A stretch of 64,000 nt of DNA. Source: Lepidodermella squamata (lineage: Eukaryota > Animalia > Gastrotricha). Below, piece by piece: positions 25,705 to 37,272 of this stretch. The stretch lies in assembly GCA_047495785.1 (NCBI GenBank), contig JBLDXI010000003.1, positions 2,914,001-2,978,000 of the forward strand. The letters run 5' to 3'. Positions within the stretch are counted from its first letter, which is position 1; each line of letters starts with the position of its first letter. The notes under the pieces were generated by a model. The model did no database searches and was not told the DNA's origin. It worked only from the letters and a program-made list of their open reading frames with translations. The position numbers and the translations under genes are program-made.

Positions 25705-26510
25705 TGTATCAACGGTATCACATAAGTGGTTGAATTAATTTGATTTTAACACAGAAAAAACGTTGAAATAAAAAATTTAATTTTTCTTTATCACCCTTCT
25801 TGTTATAAAATTAGTTCATACCAGAACGCGTGCGCACGGGCATGAAATATCGCGTGCTATAGAGGTTGTTTTCCAACTTTTGATCCAACAATGATGTAAC
25901 AACATACCTGCCCTTGAAATCGAGACGAAATTAGTGGCGAAATTGATTGAAAACCTGAAACCGAGCTAAAATAGCTGTCAACTCTAGCAAATAAAAGATG
26001 TTTCTCGTGAAAAAATGTAATTTCTGTCAAAAACAGGATTTTGCTGACGAAAAATCCGTGATCCAATTCGAAGCATAGTCCTATCTCGAATAGTAGGTAG
26101 CCTAGGCTACTACGGCACGTTATAGAAACGTGTGCTCTGCTGCACTGAACCGTATTTTAAAACGAAAACTGCGATGATTTTTGTTGTGCAGCGTTCCTTT
26201 TTATTCTTAATTGTCAGCCATTAGACGACCCAGCTAATAGCTAATCATGAAAAAATTGAGTTTTGAAAGACGCAAAATAAAGTCAGGTTTTCGTTGCATA
26301 AGCCTATCTCAAATAGAAGACTAACAGCCTTGAATTGTAGCCTACTTTTGCCATATTTCAAGGTGTCATTTTTGTATAAGCCTGGGATAGTACTTGGGTA
26401 ACTACGGCACTTTACCTCGGTCTAATACTAGCGGTTGTCTTTCGTTATCCGAAATACTTATTATTTTTTAATTTTTAGTCATACTCCTACTGATATTGCT
26501 AGAGCTGGTA

Positions 26511-26692
26511 CAGGGTGGCCAAAAAATTCTGCAGAAGGCGAATTCGATGAGCATCATTTTAATGAGGAATATCAAGAAATTGAGGAGTTTCATCATTGGC
26601 AAAAGAATGCTTGAAATTCTTCAACTTCTTGAAGTCCTCATTAAATTGATGCGCATCGAATTCGCCTTCTGCAGAATTTTTTGGCCACCCTT
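26511..26692. mobile_element. Tc1/mariner-type MITE (family also at 48996-49151)
   Basis: TA|CAGGGTGGCCAAAAAATTCTGCAGAAGGCGAATTCGATG ... CATCGAATTCGCCTTCTGCAGAATTTTTTGGCCACCCT. Confidence 0.75.
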
Positions 26693-26989
26693 TAGTAACA
26701 TTTCGAGTGATCTTGATTGGCTCAGAATGCAGGAACACTTTTCTTGCACGGTTCATCGTTATCGCAAGAAATAGTAATGAATATTCGAAATTCGCTAGCC
26801 GTTTATGATGCGTTTTCCGAGGCGGCGTTGAATCCCAAATAATTAGCAAGGACTCTTTTTCAATTACTCCAATTAAGACAGAGTGGCATGGTATAAAAAC
26901 AGCGAGAATTTAGCTCAATTATCATCAGCCATCTTTCGCTTTTTCATTTGCTAATCAATACTTTATCTTCATCTCATTCTCAATCAACA

Positions 26990-27484
26990 ATGCGCGCTTT
27001 CCTCGCTATTGCTGTAGTCGTCCTGCTCGGACTTGGTAATCTTGTTCCCAAATCATTTTCACCATAATTTCTTCATTGTATTATTTCAGCTTACTCCGAG
27101 GCCAAAGTCTGGAATGTCGAGTCGAAGGAAATGCACCGGAACTACGAGAAGAAGGTGAGCACCTCGGCGAGCCGCTCCTTCGAGAACAAGAGGGCTTTCC
27201 GCAAGGGACGTGCCTTCCCGATGAAGAAGCGCCACGGCAAGAAGATGAACAAGCGCCGCGGATCCTTCTCCAAGTCGGTCTCCAAGTCTGTTTCCTACTC
27301 GCGGTCCGCCTCCTTCTCCGGCAACCGCAAGAACAAGCGATTCGGTGGTCGCAAGTTCGGCAAGCACGGCAAGAACTTCGGCTACGGCCGCAAGGGCGGC
27401 AAGTTCGGCCACGGCAAGTTCGGCGGCCGCAAGGCCAACAAGGGCTCGTACTCCTTCAGCAAGTCCGTCAGCGTCTCCAACTAA
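26990..27484 (+). CDS. Family A secreted cationic protein, copy 4 (146 aa; exons 26990-27035, 27090-27484)
   Basis: Same structure; promoter nearly identical to copy 5. Confidence 0.9.
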
Positions 27485-28111
27485 ATGAAACCTCAAAACA
27501 ATAAATTATGATTATGAATCAATCGTAAATTGTAGCCGCTTTCGGTGAATAAAAACTGCGATGAATTTCATGTTCATTCTTTTTACCGTTCTTTTAGCGT
27601 TTAGCGGATTCCACTATAGACACTTCTGTCAATGACACATTTTCCCTTAACCAAAAGGCTAACAGCTGGCCTAAATTAACAATGAGCAATGAGCCTATTA
27701 GAAGTCCATCGGTGATTTGGGATCAGTTGTTTTAAATAGCTTCATTTGCCTACTCGCCCATGGTGTCAATTTTCAACGAAATTATTTGCGCATGAAAATA
27801 AAGTTAACGCACATTTTTAAGGCCACATTTTAGGTATGATTTAGGTAACTAAACAGGTAATTTGTTCCCAATTTGTTCCCAACTTTTATTTCCTTATTTT
27901 TGTGAATTTCAAAGCAAAAGCTCGGATTAAATGTCTTGTAAATAAAATTAAAGAAAATTAAATGATAATTTTGATGAAATCACTCTGATCATGCCGTTGA
28001 TGAAAAGAGGGCACTGATAGCGAGTAGGCAACAATGAACCTTTCTCATGGCTGTTCCATGAAGCTCTTGGAAATTGTTGATACATGAAAATTTACCACAA
28101 GGCCTGAAAAG

Positions 28112-28970
28112 GGGTCCCCCACAGAGTAGCAGGCTTCAAATAAAGCACAGAGCAACAAATGGTGCAAACACCAGATTAAATGGCAACAAATCACAGAAGC
28201 ATTAAAGTGAAATAAAAAACGTGTTTACTCGATTTTTTTGAGTGCGCGCGGACACACGTGTTACGCAATGCGTTGCAAGTCATGCTCGTGTGTGCATGTC
28301 TTTAAAATAGCGCATGGACATGATGATTGCTCATTCGTTTTATTTGATTTATTTGATTATTTGATGGCATTTCAAAACTTCATTCTTTAAACTGCTTACT
28401 GCTATTATTTTGATGGCTAAAATCGTCGCCAACCTGAAAATGTTGCTAGCGATGCTCCTCCGGCCAGTCTAGGCCGGGATCGGCCACCGAAGAATGCTGG
28501 CGCAGTTTCAGAGCAACCAATGAAACGTGGCCGCGGTCGCCGCCGTGAAACCCAACGCAGCTGTTACGAGTCTGAAAAAGCGGCGCGCGCAGAATAAGAC
28601 TATGACGTCCGATTGCGAAATTGTGTAAAACTGTGCTGAAATGCCATGTAATTTTGTTACATACCTGGATAGCTTGATCGCTTAAATCTCAATCTCAATC
28701 TTCAATCTCAATAAAATAAATAAAATCGCAAGCAAATAAAAAATGTTTCACCTGGTTGCGCACCTCAAAAAGTGGTCCTAATTGCTTCGCGAAAATCACT
28801 ACTTGCATGCCACCAACATTAAGCAGCTTTGGTTTAACACGCGGTGTTAATCTAATTAATAACGTTTATTTTACTTTGAAGCCTTTTTTTAATTTACATG
28901 GAAGCCATACTGCTTTGAAGCGTTTAATTTGAAGCCTGCTATTAAATTTTCCCTACTTTGTAGGGGACCC
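28112..28970. mobile_element. Non-autonomous Mutator-like (9-bp TSD) element
   Basis: TSD CCTGAAAAG (28103-28111, 28971-28979); imperfect TIR GGGTCCCC.ACA.AGTAG..CAGGCTTCAAAT. Confidence 0.65.
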
Positions 28971-29755
28971 CCTGAAAAGAAAACAGAAACCCATGTCATG
29001 TATCTTTTTTCGAAGCTAATATCAACTCAGATTTGATCAGCATTTACTCGATGAGGTCCCTATTTTTTTATTCAGTCGAATATAACCTGAATACAAGAAT
29101 ATTCGATCCCTGGTAATCATGCTCAGGTGCTGGTGTTGCTGATGTTTCAATTCCCTGAAGTTCTTGATTTTCCTGACGTCAGCGAATTGAACGTATGGAC
29201 GTAGAATTTCCGCACTATTTTATTTGAATTTTTGCAAGCAAATTTCAGTTCAAATAACGCGATTTCAAATAATTTCAAATTTGCCAAAATTCAAATAAAA
29301 TAGCGCGAAAATTCTAGTTCCTTTTGGTAGCATATAAGGATTCGAGACATTTTTCTAAAATGTTACATTGGATGTGGAATGGAAAATCTAATCCTCAATT
29401 TTAACAGTGAAAACGTGAGCCCTAAATTAAGTGCGGCAAATATTTTAATTATGGCACAAACAGGTAATTTTTCTGCTCTATTGTGCGACTTTTCGGTTTC
29501 GATCAAACTTATTGGCCGCGCCATGTTCGAATTTTAAAAGAAGACAAATATTCAGCCGAAAGATTGATGCGTTAAAAATTAAAAATCTATCATCGATAAT
29601 TTGCAAAAAGGCATCATTAGTTGGCGCGCGGCGATTGCGATTTATGAAACCGAAAAACCAGGCCATCCTCATTTCTCGCGCTATAAAAGCTTTGATTTAT
29701 TATCGAAAATTCATCAGCTATAATCAATTCTGATTCAACTTTTTCATTTAAAAAA

Positions 29756-30423
29756 ATGCGCGTCATCCTCGTCGTTGCGGCTGTTTGCCTCTTGCAAATT
29801 GGTTGGAATTTTTTTTTAATTTTCAAATTTAAATAATTTTTTCTACAACAGGTCTAGGATCTGCCGGAGATGCGAAACGTCACCGAGCTGGTCGGGTTAT
29901 GGAAGATATGGACAAAATGAAGGGTCGGTTCTTTTCGAGCGAAGAATCGCCGGAAGACCACAAGCAACGCCGCCCGGCCATTAACCAGCCGCACCGCAAA
30001 AGCAAGAGCGAATCCGAGCCAGCGAAGCGTAAACCGGCGCCGAAAGCGACGACCGCAAAGCCGACGAAGATGGTTGAATCGAGCGAGGAGCACAAGCCGC
30101 GCAAGCAACACCGAAACAAGCGGCCGAACAAGCGGCCGAGCAGCAAGAAGCACGATTCTTACGTTGATTCGTCGGAGAGCGACGAGCGCCGTAAGGTGAT
30201 CATCGAAGTTTGCGACGACTCGCGTGACGACAAGACCAAGGCCCCGAAGACGACGACTGGCAAGCCGGTGACCGGAGCAACGACTGGCCGCCCGGCGACT
30301 GGCGCCCCTGCGACCGGAGCCCCGACTACGACGCGTGCCCCTGGCGTGCCTGTTGTTGTTACGAGCGGCAACGTGAAGGAGGTTGATGTTGAGAATGCTC
30401 TCAAGGTTCGATTCAAGATGTGA
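29756..30423 (+). CDS. Family D secreted basic/Thr-Pro-rich protein, copy 1 (205 aa; exons 29756-29801, 29852-30423)
   Basis: Signal exon MRVILVVAAVCLLQI, phase-1 intron; SSEES motifs, single mature Cys (IIEVCDDS), TTG.PATGAP repeats, C-terminal GNVKEVDVENALKVRFKM. Confidence 0.85.
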
Positions 30424-31268
30424 GATGGGCAATGCGGCGATAAAAACATCTCTAAAATAACTTTCAATAATATTCGTGAAATGATTGAAGAATGTAATTA
30501 TTTACAAAGATTAATAAAATATTGAGATATTCAAGTTCCAATTTTTTCCAGAAAGATGTGTTTTATGTGTGCAAATTTTCGGTCCAGAAATCTCGGAAAT
30601 ATCGGAAAATCGCTCATCAGACATGCAAATTTGACTTTCCAAATTGAAAATGCTTCGAACCTAGAAACTAAACAATGCGCCAGAAAAACATTGTACGGCA
30701 GTTTCTGTTAAACCTTTTCATTTCTTAAGCGAATTTTATTTCAGGCTTAAGTTTTTAGAAAGGTTAGAAAGGTTCAGAAAGGTGTCTCGAAAAATATTTA
30801 TTGAAGCTTTTGTGGAACTTCATCTCGAAAAGACATGAAAGCTCGGAACTATATAACAATTGATGGTTAAAAAGTGAAAAGTGGGGTTTGGCTTTGTATT
30901 TTCCAACAAATGGCAACAAGTGTGTTGAAAAAGTGACGATTCTTGGATTCCTAGGTGTTCTTACTCAGTTATTCTCGAGAACTTTGAATTTTCCAAAAAA
31001 AATTCCTAACAACTCATGTTAAATGTTAATATTCTGATGGTTTAAGACATCGTCAAATCCCGAGTGATAATTTTAAGGTGGATTTGGAAAATTCTTGCAG
31101 TTGGACAAGCGTCACGTGACCTCATTAAAAGTCATCCCTTAATGACGAAATTTAAAATTCGAAACGGAATAGCAATAATTCAATCGTCTATATAACGGCG
31201 GAGAAGCGTTGAAGCAAGTATCAATCTTCTTCCTTTCGCTTTTCATTCCTACTTCCTCCGAAAAGAAA

Positions 31269-32032
31269 ATGAGAATCATCCTTGCCGTGGCTGTTTTTGC
31301 TCTGTTGCAAATCGGTAACAAATTTTTTTAAATTTTTTTAAATTATTTTAAATTTATCGTTTTCAAGCTCTGACGTCAGCTGGCCGAGGCGGCGGGCGTC
31401 TGCCTGATTTCAACCGAAGTGGTTTCATGAAGATGGGCAGCGATTCGGACTTTTCCGCGTATAACGACAATCGCATGAAAAAGCACCGTCGCCAGCCCGG
31501 CCACGCCGACCGCCACCACCGCCGTCACCAGAAGCCGAAGAAGCCGGCCGCCAGCAGCGGCTCAAAGCCCAAGCCGACGACGACTCAGAAACCGAAAAAG
31601 CCCGAAACTGTCGAGAAGCGGCCGCGTCGCCACCACGCGAAACCCCGCCGCCACGAACCCCGCCGTCACCAGCGCGACCCCCGCAAGCTCAAGTACCGCA
31701 CGTCGTCGGGCGATGCCATCACTGTTTCGTCCATGTCACACGACTCGTCGTCGCCTCGCCGTCGTTATCATCGCAAGCCGGTCTACGTCAAGTACTGCAG
31801 CGATTCGGCTAGCAGCCAGATGAAGTCGACTGCCCATCCAGCCGCTGGCGGCTCGACGACTGCCCATCCAGCGACTGGCGGCGCGACGACTGGCCACCCC
31901 GCCACTGGCGCCCCCGGTACCACTGGCCAGCCGACGACGACCCGCGCCCCTGTTGCCGCTACTACAACTGCTGCTGGCAACGTCAAGGTGCTGCAGGTTG
32001 AAAACGGTCTGAAGTTCGCGTTCAATATTTAA
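31269..32032 (+). CDS. Family D copy 2 (236 aa; exons 31269-31314, 31368-32032)
   Basis: Signal exon MRIILAVAVFALLQI; R/H/K/P-rich, YVKYCSDS, TTAHPATGG repeats, C-terminal GNVKVLQVENGLKFAFNI. Confidence 0.87.
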
Positions 32033-32336
32033 AATGATGATATAACGTATAAATTAATTGAAGATTGAATTATTTACTTTTACTGAGATCTACAATTTTG
32101 TGATGGAAATAAAATCAGATCGAGGTTCCAACATCACAATTTTTTGTACCCCCGAACGCCCATTAAAATCTACAATTTTGAAAAAGGCTGTATTGATGAC
32201 GACAGAATTGCCATTCTTTTACCAACTTTTCCACTAATTTTCAAAAATCAACTTCCGAGAAACGCCGAGAAACTGTTTTATGGCAAATTATAGGTAGTAA
32301 CAACTATAAAAATTCAAAAAGGCAAGCCAATATAAA

Positions 32337-33090
32337 TGTCGTACCGTTATGAGCAATCCGCCCCAATTGGCAATTGGGTTACCCTAAAGAGAAATTGCTC
32401 TAAATATCCACTTTTTAAGCAAATTAATAATTCCCAAAATAATTATTTCCCAATACGATACATCGATGGTGACCGATAATCGTGGTATTTTCAATTTATT
32501 CTCTACTTATTATCATTTTGCGGCATTAATGGCTGGAAATTTCAAATAATACTCAAATTTATATTTTCTTAAAGGATGTCAACCCTAGCAGTCTCAATTC
32601 CGGTTCCCCAGTTCTAGTATGTGGTTCACCTAGCTTGACATTTCGGATTCCTTTTTTCCACAGAAGTTGATCCCAGAGACTCTTTCAACCTCCATGAAAT
32701 TTATGTGAACGAGGGGTTTGGGTTTTTAGACTTTTTAGACTGATCAATTGCTTACTATGACGAAATTAATCAGTCGGAACTAAGATCATTATCTTGAACC
32801 TTGAAGGTTATTCAGCAAAAGTTCCAGCTGCCAACTATGACCTATTAGTCGGTTTTTGGCGCTTGAACTTCGGGAAAGCTTTATTATATCTCTATCAACC
32901 CACTGAGTTAGAAATTTAATCAGTGAGCAACCTTTTTAGGCTACAGGCTTTTTAGGAGGAAATATTCGGTGTTTCTAGATACTGTCAATTATTATTGTCC
33001 TTAGCGATATCTTATATCTCCATCTTGGGCATATTACCTCATGGGTTATCCCAATTGCCTTTTGGGAGGATCGCTTAAAACGGTACGACA
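32337..33090. mobile_element. Non-autonomous DNA transposon with TGTCGTACCG termini
   Basis: TAAA|TGTCGTACCGTT...AACGGTACGACA|TAAA; imperfect ~40-bp TIR; possible 4-bp TSD. Confidence 0.6.
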
Positions 33091-33889
33091 TAAATATACA
33101 GTGAAACCTTTCACCTCGAAGGGCTGTACGGTTCCGAAGAATGCATTCGACATTTAAAGAAAAATTTAGCCAGTTGGTTCCACGAAATTTACATGCTGGG
33201 AGAGTTTCCGCCTTCAGGTGTCACTGTATGACGTTGGCAAAACCTAAAGGTGAACCAGCAAAGCTTAGCGATCACTACGTTCTCTGTGCATGAAAGTTTA
33301 GAAAACTCTGCTTATACAGTTTTATATTCATTCTCTTTGAAGGTTATTTTTCGAATTTCTTCAGCGGATTTTCCAGCTGTCTGAAAGAAGAGTCTACAAT
33401 CTTGAGTCTAAGATCAATCGTTGTCCACGCCCGCAAACACACCGACAGCAGCACTGCAAATTCTCTAAAATCTAAAAATTGCGTGTAACACAGCACTCCT
33501 GAGGGTTCAACTGTCACCCAGATTACTTCAACGCCCAAAAAACTGGGTTGCCCGAGTGAATTTTCGAAATCTCAAGCGAAAAAATCGCAGGCTTGAATAT
33601 GTAATATTGAAATTCTTGAAACTTTCAAGCCATAGAATTTTGAATTTCGGGAAAATAACTGCGAAGTTCAACCATTAAATTCTCATTATCGACATCTCGC
33701 TCATCTCATTGTAGAATGCCACTTGCGGCATAAAAAATAAAAAAATGATTAGCACGGAACCAATAATTCCAATTAAGACAGAGTGGCATGGTATAAAAAC
33801 AGCGAAAATTTAGCTCAATTATCATCAACCATCTTTCGCTTTTTCATTTGCTAATCAATAATTTATCTTCATCTCATTCTCAATCAACA

Positions 33890-34391
33890 ATGCGCGCTTT
33901 CCTCGCTGTCGCTGTTGTCGTCCTGCTCGGCCTTGGTAATCTTGTTCCCAAATCGTTTTCGCCGTCTCTAAATGTTTTAAATTATTTTAGCTTATTCCGA
34001 GGCCAAGGTGTGGAATGTCGAGTCGAAGGAAATGCACCGGCACTACGAGAAGAAGGTGAGCACCTCGGCGAGCCGCTCCTTCGAGAACAAGAGGGCTTTC
34101 CGCAAGGGACGTGCCTTGCCGATGAAGAAGCGCCACGGCAAGAAGATGAACAAGCGCCGCGGATCCTTCTCCAAGTCGGTCTCCAAGTCTGTTTCCTACT
34201 CGCGGTCCGCTTCGTTCTCCGGCAACCGCTTCGGCAAGAACAAGCGATTCGGTGGTCGCAAGTTCGGCAAGCACGGCAAGAACTTCGGCTACGGCCGCAA
34301 GGGCGGCAAGTTCGGCCACGGCAAGTTCGGCGGCCGCAAGGCCAACAAGGGCTCGTACTCCTTCAGCAAGTCCGTCAGCGTCTCCAACTAA
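33890..34391 (+). CDS. Family A secreted cationic protein, copy 5 (148 aa; exons 33890-33935, 33991-34391)
   Basis: Same structure, 55-nt intron. Confidence 0.9.
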
Positions 34392-34753
34392 ATGAAAACG
34401 CAAAAACTTTCTACCGTTGATTAATTCCAAAACTTACGATCGAAAATAAAATAATTTAATCGGTCATTCGTTCTACATTTTTGAAGCTTTTGCTGTGAAG
34501 AGTTGTTTTTTTCTGCCTTTCAAGATAATCGAAATCCTTCTTCGAGGTAAATAGCTTTGGGCCTTGATAGATACGCAAAGAGGAAATTAATGGAATTAGG
34601 GAAATTCGTGGAAATTCGTAGATGTAGGCCCGAAAGCTGAAGAATCCTATTACGACATTCAGCAAATGACATGCATCTACAGGTAAACATGCCCTACTTT
34701 TTATTATTTCATCTCACCAGCCAATATATACCAATAAAATCTAACTCGCCTAA

Positions 34754-35678
34754 GGTGGGTTCACAGACTCGGCGACAGGGCGACACGACAGGGTGGCGAC
34801 GCGACAACTAAAATGTCGCGCGCGATTATCGCGAGGGTGTTCACAGACTCGACGGTGTCGCGTGAGTCGCGCGTGTCGCATCAGCGTCGCTGGCGACTTA
34901 TCGCGAGGGTGTTCACAGACTGGGCGATCTGTCGCGCGCTCTAACAATAGCGTTGCGTAACAGCTGGCGACGTCGAAAACAATGGATGTTGTCGCTTGTC
35001 GCAGCAACTGGCTCGAAAATAGGGGATTTTCAACCTCGCGACGCGACAAGGCGACAAGGTGTGTGATCAAAGTATAGAGGCCGCGGCGATTAATTTTCCT
35101 GATTTTTCAGAACGGGGTAAAAAATGCGGCGAATATTTAGATGCGGCGATTATTCGAGTGCGGTCTTCATTTTCTTTAATGACAGTTTATTCACCAGTAG
35201 ACAGGTGTAACAGGTGCGCCAGAGGGCGGTCTTTACTGTAATCAAGATTTGCAGCTAGCGCAATGAGTTTACATATCCGCTAAGAAATACGGATAATCCG
35301 CCTACTCGGAGTCACCTATGTGTCTCATTGAGGGTGACTGCTAATCGCTGGTAAGTGCGGCGATTATTCGCGCGCGGCCTTTATTATTGCCAAATTGTTG
35401 AAAATGGGGGGTTATTGCGGCGATTACTCGAGTGCGGCCTTCATACTGTAGTTTACGGTACCCAATGAAGAAATGAAGTACTACGACGAGGAGGAATAAA
35501 ATAAGGCTGCTTCTATTACAATTTCTTATAATTTCGCACAATGGATTTGTCGCGCGACAGCGTGTCTCAACCGTGACTATCTATGTGAGTCGCTCGGCTG
35601 TTTCAGCGCGACAAGTGCGCGACAGTCGCGATGTCGCGCGCGACAGTGTCGCCCTGTCGCCGAGTCTGTGAACCCACC
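34754..35678. mobile_element. PIF/Harbinger-like non-autonomous element
   Basis: ~33-bp TIR GGTGGGTTCACAGACTCGGCGACAGGGCGACAC; internal GAGGGTGTTCACAGACT and GCGGCGATTATTCG repeats; TSD not clean. Confidence 0.6.
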
Positions 35679-37272
35679 TTTATACGCTATGTGTATCACT
35701 CTAAAAGCATAACATCTATTGAAGCATAATTTTACAGAAAATAAATACATGCTGGTGGCTATCATCTTCATGACGTTACTCTTCAGCCACGCTTGAAAAT
35801 CATCGCCGCATATCACTCGAATAATGCCTAGTGATTCGGCATTGATTTCGCCTCGTAATAACAATTAGACGAGCAGGCGAGCCGTTTCCTCAAGACGACC
35901 TTGCGCCTTCTCTTGTGCTGCCTTCTTCGCTGCTCTCTCGTTACATCGCGCCTGCATTGCAGCATTCTTTGCTGCTTGCGCGGCATGCATTTTGGCATTT
36001 TCGGCATCCCAATAGGCCTTAGTGGCTTCAAGTAGCCTTGTCGGTGTTTTCCGAGATTGCTCAATTGCCTCCTCACGACCAAGGCCCTTAGCTGCTGCTT
36101 CGGCTGCATTTTTTGCTGCTCTCCTTGCTAACATTGCTTCATGTGATCTTTTTATTTGCGCCGCCAGTTTCTCTTTTTCAGCTTCTTTTTTCATCAGGCG
36201 ATCAGCAGGTGTTTCGCGACAAAAGGCCTCCTCTGCCGCTGCCTTAGCTGCGGCAACTTCGGCCATTGTTGCTGCCTGGCAGCCCTGTCGGCCTTTTCTG
36301 CTTGGCTTTCCGGTTTTCGACTATCTCTGTATCTGCTGACGCCTCCCCTGCGAGAAGCTTCCATAAGGGCTGAGTTCCAATCGTCCGCATTCGCAGCCCA
36401 AACACCAACGAAAGCCTTTAAAATGAAAAGATAAGTGATGGTCAAACTTGATGAAGAAACAAACCACCAGCATAACGACAACCAAAAACCTGTTCATAAT
36501 GACTGTGGGAAGGTATAATATTATCGAAAATTGAGAAGAATGAAATTCCCTGCCGAGGCGATGGCTTTTATCGGCTAAGCGGGCGTGAATAATAGCCATC
36601 TGTACCACTGCTGTTCACGTGGCGTTTCATACCCATAGCGGTTGGCTAGCATTTCATTCTACAACAAGGTGGAAAAAAATAAGTAGGCCATTCATACTGT
36701 TTGGCAAACCAGCTGCGGGTCTAGACGATGCGAACTCAATGTTTAGTTGAATCATTTAAAAAATATTTACTCAATAACGCGTATTACTTATGACTAGTTA
36801 AACCTGAATTACCTGAAAGTCTTACTTTGACGAGGGCCTTCGACGATCTTTCCATATTTCCGAAGTAAACCATTCTGCAAAAGATTCGGAAATATCATCA
36901 ATAGGATCATCACTACTTTCATGAACCCCAGTTTTCGCTCAAGAAAGGCAGTACTACAATTTATTGAGCTGAAATCTGAAATCCTGCTTGGTGTGATCTT
37001 TTTGCACAAATTATGAATCATCACTTTGCAAAAAATACAGCGCTGATTCATAATTATTAGCTCTTGTTCGCACAAAGTGGTTACCACGAAGGACGAAGAA
37101 TCATTTTGATCACGTCAATAAGACAAAGAATCACGTTCTACTGCAAATTTCTTCGTCGAGGTCACATCGAAAACACGTGTCCCAAGGCCCAAGGTGCGGC
37201 GCAAAGTCCTGTTTGCTGCGAAAAAGGCTTCATGGAGACACAGTCATGGCGAGGCCTGTAAGACTTTGAGCG

